Assembly: GCA_965612795.1 (NCBI GenBank)
Contig: CBFDTI010000033.1
Location: forward strand, 1-13,595
Reading direction: 5' to 3'
From: an uncultured bacterium
Lineage (GTDB): Bacteria > Hydrothermota > UBA3073 > NMUJ01
DNA length: 13,595 nt
Shown here: positions 8,493-13,595 of the stretch, piece after piece
Position numbering within the stretch: position 1 is the first letter of the stretch
Layout: the number at the start of each line of letters is the position of its first letter
Program-made: the position numbers and the translations under genes
The notes under the pieces: model-generated
What the model was told of the DNA's origin: nothing
The model's input: only the letters and a program-made list of their open reading frames with translations
The model's database searches: none

Positions 8493-8997
8493 CCCCAAAT
8501 TGATAATACTCATAGCAATAGCTGTGGGTATCCATGCACTCGAAACCATAGTACCTAAACCTTTACCATGGTTAAGGGTGGGCTTTTCGAACGCTATTGT
8601 GTTGACAACATTAATGCTATATGGATGGAAGGATGCATTGGTAGTCACCGTTGCACGTACGTTACTAGGTAATACCGTAACTGGTACAATACTGACACCT
8701 GCACCAGTGATTGGGCTTGCGGGAGGTATAGCAAGTTTGTTCCTCATGACCATAGCCCATGGAACACATATATTTAGCCCCGTAGGGGTTAGCATAGTGG
8801 GGGCGTTAACTCATAACCTTGTACAACTGTTAGTTGTATCTGTTATACTGGGTTATTTTGGGGTACGCATGTTGATACCCATTTTTATACTGTTAAGCAT
8901 TGTCACAGGTGCAATCACAGGTGTGTTAGCTTATTATCTATATGTGTTTTTAAAACCAAGAACCGAAACATTGGATCTAGATAATCGACCTGGTTGA
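8458..8997 (+). CDS. Gx transporter family membrane protein ('heptaprenyl diphosphate synthase component I' family)
   Basis: Hydrophobic protein with E..P.PLPWLRVGFSN and FSPVGVSIVGALTHNLVQL, typical of this family. Start uncertain: ATG 8458 inside dgt, or TTG 8500. Confidence 0.8.
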   Translation: MHACLCHLRKCDPKLIILIAIAVGIHALETIVPKPLPWLRVGFSNAIVLTTLMLYGWKDALVVTVARTLLGNTVTGTILTPAPVIGLAGGIASLFLMTIAHGTHIFSPVGVSIVGALTHNLVQLLVVSVILGYFGVRMLIPIFILLSIVTGAITGVLAYYLYVFLKPRTETLDLDNRPG

Positions 8998-9643
8998 GAT
9001 TAACCACCAGTCGCTCCTTGCCACTAGTTAGAATCATATTACCAGTTGTATCTATATCTTCGAATTTGTAGCACTTATCTCCTATGTATAGATTACTACC
9101 TATATATGCCATGTTGGTACGTACCTGATGTAGAATCGTATCGTCATCCATCTTTGCATACGATTGGATGGCTTCAAAAAGTGCGGGCAGTTTCTTGTCG
9201 ATCTCTATCTCATAGCCACACTCAATCTGCATAGATGTAGCATATGGGATATTATCGATCTGAGCGATATTGACATTTATACCTATACCGACCAGATCCA
9301 GATTACGGTGACGCTCGATGAGTATACCCGCAACCTTTTTGCGATTGATAATGACATCGTTAGGCCACCGTATCAATGCATTTAATCCATAGGTATCATC
9401 TATCCACCGTATAACTGCTAATGCATACCTAAAGTATGGAACCGTCGTCATTGACATAAGTAGAGAACACCAGATACCACCCTTAGGGGACCACCAACTT
9501 CTACCCCAGCGACCTTTGCCACGGGTTTGTTCCTCAGCGATAACGACTGTACCTATCGGTAGCTTACCGTGTTGGAGGAGGCGCTTCAACTCCTCCTGTG
9601 TCGAATCAACTACAGTATAACGGAAGACAACACTACCTACCAC
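8915..9643 (-). CDS. birA: Biotin--protein ligase, monofunctional (no N-terminal HTH)
   Basis: VDSTQ, AEEQTRGKGRWGRSWWSP, RWPND, KKVAGILIE and GIGINVN. The GTG start overlaps the last codons of fabH. Confidence 0.92.
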   Translation of the reverse strand: MVGSVVFRYTVVDSTQEELKRLLQHGKLPIGTVVIAEEQTRGKGRWGRSWWSPKGGIWCSLLMSMTTVPYFRYALAVIRWIDDTYGLNALIRWPNDVIINRKKVAGILIERHRNLDLVGIGINVNIAQIDNIPYATSMQIECGYEIEIDKKLPALFEAIQSYAKMDDDTILHQVRTNMAYIGSNLYIGDKCYKFEDIDTTGNMILTSGKERLVVNLNQVDYLDPMFRFLVLKTHIDNKLTHL

Positions 9644-10614
9644 CTTAATAGGACCGATCCCCAGGTGAACCCACCCCCGAACGCAGTAAGTAACACAAGG
9701 TCACCTCTGTCTATCTTTCCTTCATTGACAGCATCGTACAATGCAAGTGGTATACTCGCAGCCGATACGTTTGCATGCTTGTGGATGGTTACCATAACCT
9801 TATCTTGCGGCAACCCAAGCCGCTCACGTACAGCCTCTATGATACGGATATTAGCTTGATGTGGTATAAACAGACGCAATTTATCAGCACCTACACCAGC
9901 TAATTCGAGCACCCTCGTTGCAGATTCACTCATACAACGTACTGCATGCTTGAACACCTCACGTCCCTGCATCTTGATGTAATGTAAGCGTTTTTCAACA
10001 GTCTCTCTAGTGGCAGGCATCCGACTACCACCTGCTGGCTGTATTAGTAGTTCACCAAGCGATCCATCTGCATGCCAGTCATACGCCAAAATGTCGGAAT
10101 CACCCTGTGCAAGTTTAAGCACCACAGCACCGGCACCATCACCAAACAGTACACATGTGTTACGATCTTGCCAATCCGTTATCTTGGTTAACGTTTCTGC
10201 ACCTACTAACAGCACACATTTAGAGGTGTTCGTCTTTAATAGACCATTCGCCAGTATGAGCCCGTAGATGAAACCCGAACATGCTGCACTTATATCGAGT
10301 GCAGGTACATCACGTAGGTTGAGTGCTGCTTGCACTATAGCGGCTGTTGATGGGAAGAAATGGTCCGGTGTCACAGTTGCCACGATAACGGTATCGATAT
10401 CATCAGCTTGTATATCGGCGTTGGTTATAGCTTCACGTGCTGCTTGTATGACAAGGTCGGATGTGGCTTCGTCATCAGCCGCTATGTGACGTATCTGTAT
10501 ACCAGTACGTGTGCGTATCCATTCGTCAGAAGTATCCACCATCTTCTCGAGGTCGAAATTTGTTAAAACCTTTTCCGGTAGATATGAACCTACACCCAAG
10601 ATTTTAACACCCAT
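9637..10614 (-). CDS. fabH: 3-oxoacyl-ACP synthase III
   Basis: DTSDEWIRTRTGI, catalytic Cys in AACSGF, LFGDGAGA, His in PHQANIRI, Asn in ANVSAASIP, and GGGFTWG. Confidence 0.96.
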   Translation of the reverse strand: MGVKILGVGSYLPEKVLTNFDLEKMVDTSDEWIRTRTGIQIRHIAADDEATSDLVIQAAREAITNADIQADDIDTVIVATVTPDHFFPSTAAIVQAALNLRDVPALDISAACSGFIYGLILANGLLKTNTSKCVLLVGAETLTKITDWQDRNTCVLFGDGAGAVVLKLAQGDSDILAYDWHADGSLGELLIQPAGGSRMPATRETVEKRLHYIKMQGREVFKHAVRCMSESATRVLELAGVGADKLRLFIPHQANIRIIEAVRERLGLPQDKVMVTIHKHANVSAASIPLALYDAVNEGKIDRGDLVLLTAFGGGFTWGSVLLRW

Positions 10615-11111
10615 CGCAAGTCAGCAGCTTTATTACCTTCATAATGGAAAATGGTGTCAAGGTTTTGTGGCAGCAACCGCCTAAGTACATGCAATTCTTC
10701 CACAAAATATGGGGCAAACCGTGATTCGGATATCCATTCTTGAGTCGCCGGAAACACATTTAGTAACAACACAATCAAACACACAATGATGGAACCTTTG
10801 AACCCACCCACTATGGCACCCAGCAGCGTATCGATGAGCCCAAACCTAAGGCCTGCCATAACCTTATATAGCAGCTTCAATATTACATAGACGAATGCGG
10901 TTGTCAACAGAAATATGATGAAAAAGCTCACAATACGTGATGCAGCCAACGTAAATGGTAGGTACAATGACAGGTAAGTACAATACTTAGCACCTACGAA
11001 TATACCTATCCATACCGCAGCAAGTAAAGCTATGCTACCGATGAATCCCTTAACCAAGCCTTCAACTATGAATAGCACAATGATGCCGATAATTATCCAG
11101 TCGAATATCAT
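10590..11111 (-). CDS. cvpA: CvpA family (colicin V production) membrane protein
   Basis: N-terminal D(W)II...G..KGF, four hydrophobic segments, LID.LLGAIVGGFKG and C-terminal ESRFAP. The stop lies 25 nt into fabH. Confidence 0.85.
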   Translation of the reverse strand: MIFDWIIIGIIVLFIVEGLVKGFIGSIALLAAVWIGIFVGAKYCTYLSLYLPFTLAASRIVSFFIIFLLTTAFVYVILKLLYKVMAGLRFGLIDTLLGAIVGGFKGSIIVCLIVLLLNVFPATQEWISESRFAPYFVEELHVLRRLLPQNLDTIFHYEGNKAADLRWVLKSWV

Positions 11112-11287
11112 CCCTCGGTGGTCTCTTTCTCCTTACGTTGTAAGTAGGCTTTTATGCCACCCCATGCACTGAACAATGCAATAAAGAAGCCAAACGCCAC
11201 GTTACTCCACTTCAGTACACCGCCCCATATCCAACCCGATATCATCACCCACAACCCCATATAAAAAACGAGCCAACATTGCCACAT
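11108..11287 (-). CDS. 59-aa small membrane protein, SPW-repeat-like (not in the ORF track)
   Basis: Translated by hand as MWQCWLVFYMGLWVMISGWIWGGVLKWSNVAFGFFIALFSAWGGIKAYLQRKEKETTEG. AAGGAG lies 5 nt before the ATG, and the TGA overlaps the cvpA start (ATGA). Confidence 0.85.
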   Translation of the reverse strand: MWQCWLVFYMGLWVMISGWIWGGVLKWSNVAFGFFIALFSAWGGIKAYLQRKEKETTEG

Positions 11288-11300
11288 GGTTGCTCCTTAG

Positions 11301-11334
11301 ATTTTCTAAATAACTGGACAGAGGGCTTTGTCAA
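11301..11334 (-). promoter_or_regulatory. Putative promoter of the SPW-cvpA-fabH-birA operon
   Basis: Minus-strand TTGACA at 11334-11329, followed after 16 nt by AT-rich TATTTAGAAAAT. The -10 is poorly defined. Confidence 0.4.
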
Positions 11335-11339
11335 TCTTT

Positions 11340-11369
11340 TTGTAACAATGCTGTTGTAGATGCTATAAT
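11340..11369 (+). promoter_or_regulatory. Putative extended -10 promoter upstream of ATPase subunit B (distal)
   Basis: TG-C-TATAAT at 11361-11369, with TTGTAA at 11340-11345 (18-nt spacer). Confidence 0.5.
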
Positions 11370-11391
11370 AGACAGGCATTATGGTAATTAG

Positions 11392-11420
11392 TTGACAAAC
11401 CCAGATGTTTCATATATTTC
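11392..11420 (+). promoter_or_regulatory. Putative proximal promoter of ATPase subunit B
   Basis: TTGACA (11392-11397), then TATATT after 15 nt (11413-11418) or TATTTC after 17 nt. ATG 11428 lies 36 nt from the first T. Confidence 0.55.
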
Positions 11421-11427
11421 GATGGAT

Positions 11428-12840
11428 ATGAAGGCTGTTTTACGTGAATACGAGACTGTTACAAATGTGGCAGGTCCATTGCTATTCGTAGAGAAGACGA
11501 AGAATGTCAAATATGGTGAAATAGGTTACGTGCGGCTATCCTCTGGTGAGATACGTAGGGGACAGGTACTCGAAGTAAGTGGTGACAGAGCGTTGGTACA
11601 GGTGTTCGGTGGTACCCAAGGTATCGATATAGATAAAACACGAGTTAGATTTATCGGTAAGCCGCTCGAGCTCGGCGTTAGTATTGATATGCTGGGTCGC
11701 ATATTTACGGGGTTGGGTGAACCCCGTGATGGTGCCCCTCCACCTTTGCCTGAAGAGGTTGTGGATATTAACGGTAGTCCCATCAATCCAGATGCGAGGG
11801 ACTATCCTAATGAGTTCATCCAAACCGGTATCTCAGCAATCGATGGTCTCAATACGCTCGTACGTGGGCAGAAGTTACCTATTTTTTCGGGTTCAGGTCT
11901 ACCCCATAATGCGCTTGCAGCCCAAATAGCACGTCAGGCTAAGGTGCTGTCGGGTGAAGAAAAATTCGCTGTGGTGTTTGCTGCAATGGGTATCACCTAC
12001 GAAGAGGCAGAATTCTTTCGCGAGGATTTTGAGAGAACAGGTGCACTCGAACGTGCCACACTTTTTATTAATCTGGCAAACGAACCTACGATTGAACGGC
12101 TCGCAACCCCAAGGGTAGCGTTGTCGTTGGCTGAATTTCTTGCGTTCAGAAAGGAGATGCACGTGTTGGTCATACTCACGGATATGACCAATTATTGTGA
12201 AGCATTACGTGAGATATCGGCTGCCCGTAAGGAAGTACCCGGCAGAAGAGGTTACCCTGGGTATATGTACACCGATCTTGCCACAATTTACGAGCGAGCG
12301 GGAAGGATAAAGGGTAAGAAAGGTTCCATAACCCTCATGCCCATACTTACGATGCCGGAAGATGATAAGACGCATCCGATACCTGACCTTACTGGGTACA
12401 TAACCGAGGGACAGATCATATTATCAAGGTCGTTACATCGTATGCGGGTATCGCCCCCAATAGATATACTGCCATCGTTGTCACGGCTTAAAGACAAGGG
12501 TATAGGTGAAGGTAAGACACGTGAAGACCATGCAGATCTGTTCAACCAACTCTTTGCCGCATATGCACGTGGTAGAAGTATGCGGGAGCTTGCAGCTATA
12601 CTTGGTGAGGCAGCACTTACGGATGTAGACCGCTTATATCTAAAATTTGCAGATGTATTCGAAGAAAAGTACATATCACAAGGTGAGTATGAAGAACGTT
12701 CAATCGAGGAGACACTTGAGCTCGGCTGGCGTTTATTGGGTATGTTACCAGAAGAGGAGCTCAAACGTGTAAGGAAGGAATTCCGTGATAAGTATTGGCG
12801 AAAGTATCGTGAGGAGTATTTAAAAAATAAAGGAGAATAA
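11428..12840 (+). CDS. ntpB: V/A-type ATP synthase non-catalytic subunit B
   Basis: N-terminal [29 protein letters not shown] (no GKT P-loop, so subunit B rather than A), [29 protein letters not shown] and [16 protein letters not shown]. The ORF-track TTG start at 11392 coincides with the -35 hexamer, so ATG 11428 (or 11422) is preferred. Confidence 0.95.
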   Translation: MKAVLREYETVTNVAGPLLFVEKTKNVKYGEIGYVRLSSGEIRRGQVLEVSGDRALVQVFGGTQGIDIDKTRVRFIGKPLELGVSIDMLGRIFTGLGEPRDGAPPPLPEEVVDINGSPINPDARDYPNEFIQTGISAIDGLNTLVRGQKLPIFSGSGLPHNALAAQIARQAKVLSGEEKFAVVFAAMGITYEEAEFFREDFERTGALERATLFINLANEPTIERLATPRVALSLAEFLAFRKEMHVLVILTDMTNYCEALREISAARKEVPGRRGYPGYMYTDLATIYERAGRIKGKKGSITLMPILTMPEDDKTHPIPDLTGYITEGQIILSRSLHRMRVSPPIDILPSLSRLKDKGIGEGKTREDHADLFNQLFAAYARGRSMRELAAILGEAALTDVDRLYLKFADVFEEKYISQGEYEERSIEETLELGWRLLGMLPEEELKRVRKEFRDKYWRKYREEYLKNKGE

Positions 12841-13496
12841 TGCCACTTTTAGAAGAGAACGATCGTAACGAGTTACGTAAATTATTCAGTAGATTGAAGC
12901 ATCCTGTGAAGCTTGTTACATTCACACAAGAGATAAACTGCGAATATTGCAAAGAAACTGAGTTGCTGGTAAATGAGGTAGCTGATCTATCATCTCTAAT
13001 TACTTCCAACGTGTATAATTTTGTCACCGATAAAGATAAGGTTGAACAATACAAGATTGATAAGGTGCCAGCGATCGCTGTATGTGACGAAAAAGACTAT
13101 GGTATAAGGTTTTATGGGGTGCCATCAGGTTATGAGTTTACTACGTTGATACGCGATATATTGATGGTATCTACGCAGATGACTGAACTGAGTGAGGAAA
13201 GTTTACGTAAACTTGAGACAATAAACACATCAGTGCATATCCAAGTATTTGTCACCCCTACATGTCCGTACTGTCCAGCTGCGGTATATTTAGCACACCA
13301 AATAGCGTTTGTTAACGATCACATAAGAGCGGATATGATTGAGGCACTCGAATTCATGGAGTTAGCCCAAAAATATAATGTGTATGGGGTGCCCAAAACT
13401 GTGATAAATGATGAAATAATGTTCGAGGGTGCACTACCCGAACCCGCATACGTGGATGAAGTATTGAAAGCCACCAAGAGGATAATACAACCCTAA
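12840..13496 (+). CDS. Protein disulfide oxidoreductase (PDO / AhpF N-terminal-domain-like, two thioredoxin folds)
   Basis: CEYC and CPYC motifs, GIRFYGVPSGYEF, VFVTPTCPYCP, V.GVPKTVIN and FEGALPE. AGGAG at 12831-12835, and TAATG overlap with the ntpB stop. Confidence 0.9.
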   Translation: MPLLEENDRNELRKLFSRLKHPVKLVTFTQEINCEYCKETELLVNEVADLSSLITSNVYNFVTDKDKVEQYKIDKVPAIAVCDEKDYGIRFYGVPSGYEFTTLIRDILMVSTQMTELSEESLRKLETINTSVHIQVFVTPTCPYCPAAVYLAHQIAFVNDHIRADMIEALEFMELAQKYNVYGVPKTVINDEIMFEGALPEPAYVDEVLKATKRIIQP

Positions 13497-13502
13497 CTCG
13501 GC

Positions 13503-13595
13503 ATGTCCTGCATATTTCTGGTGTTGCTGCTGCCCAGTGATTGGGCAGGTTATGGTGATTTCCGTCAAGTATCTGGGGTAACAAGTACACCTACC
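13503..13595 (+). CDS. 5' part of a hypothetical, possibly exported protein (runs off the window)
   Basis: The ATG lies 6 nt after the PDO stop and the frame stays open to the edge: MSCIFLVLLLPSDWAGYGDFRQVSGVTSTPT. Confidence 0.5.
   Translation, partial: MSCIFLVLLLPSDWAGYGDFRQVSGVTSTPT

Noticed and set aside
11392..11427. ORF-track TTG start of ATPase subunit B
   Set aside because: The TTG is part of TTGACA, and family similarity begins at MKAVLREY (11428).
12788..12822. AGTAT recurring with a 12-nt period at the end of ntpB
   Set aside because: It reflects the peptide [12 protein letters not shown] and is too short and degenerate to be a repeat element.
13530..13548. GC-rich hairpin after PDO as a terminator or SECIS element
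   Set aside because: There is no U-tract, it lies inside an open frame, and PDO has no in-frame UGA (both CxxC motifs use TGY codons).
486..13590. Many short antisense or alternate-frame ORFs in the track (e.g. 486-851, 2977-3372, 5238-5660, 8394-8795, 12288-12764, 13354-13590)
   Set aside because: They lie mostly or entirely within well-supported genes, show no recognisable motifs, and are best explained as shadow ORFs.
1..13595. Apparent abundance of ACGT/GTAC words; search for CRISPR, tRNA, rRNA and IS elements
   Set aside because: The word frequency was not quantified and is plausibly due to CGT/GTA codon preference. Intergenic gaps are at most about 140 nt and hold no repeat array, cloverleaf or transposase.

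Overview
This 13.6 kb window is gene-dense bacterial housekeeping DNA. I see no mobile element, CRISPR array or RNA gene. The + strand carries pgi, mfd, a WecA/TagO-like MraY-family transferase, comEC, dgt and a Gx-family membrane protein. A converging - strand operon carries a 59-aa SPW-repeat-like protein (absent from the ORF track), cvpA, fabH and birA. A divergent + strand unit follows: V/A-type ATPase subunit B, a two-CxxC protein disulfide oxidoreductase and a partial ORF. The most notable observations are: (1) ATPase subunit B has its own promoter(s), lacks its usual A and D neighbours, and overlaps the start of a disulfide oxidoreductase gene; (2) four first-in-unit genes have TTGAC(A/C) 33-36 nt before the ATG, implying leaderless mRNAs, and two share an identical TTGACn-N15-TAACTT-N6-ATG layout with an unusually short spacer; (3) ComEC has a degenerate metallo-beta-lactamase domain, and the WecA-like enzyme has Glu in place of a conserved Asp. 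All product calls come from motif recognition by eye, not database searches.
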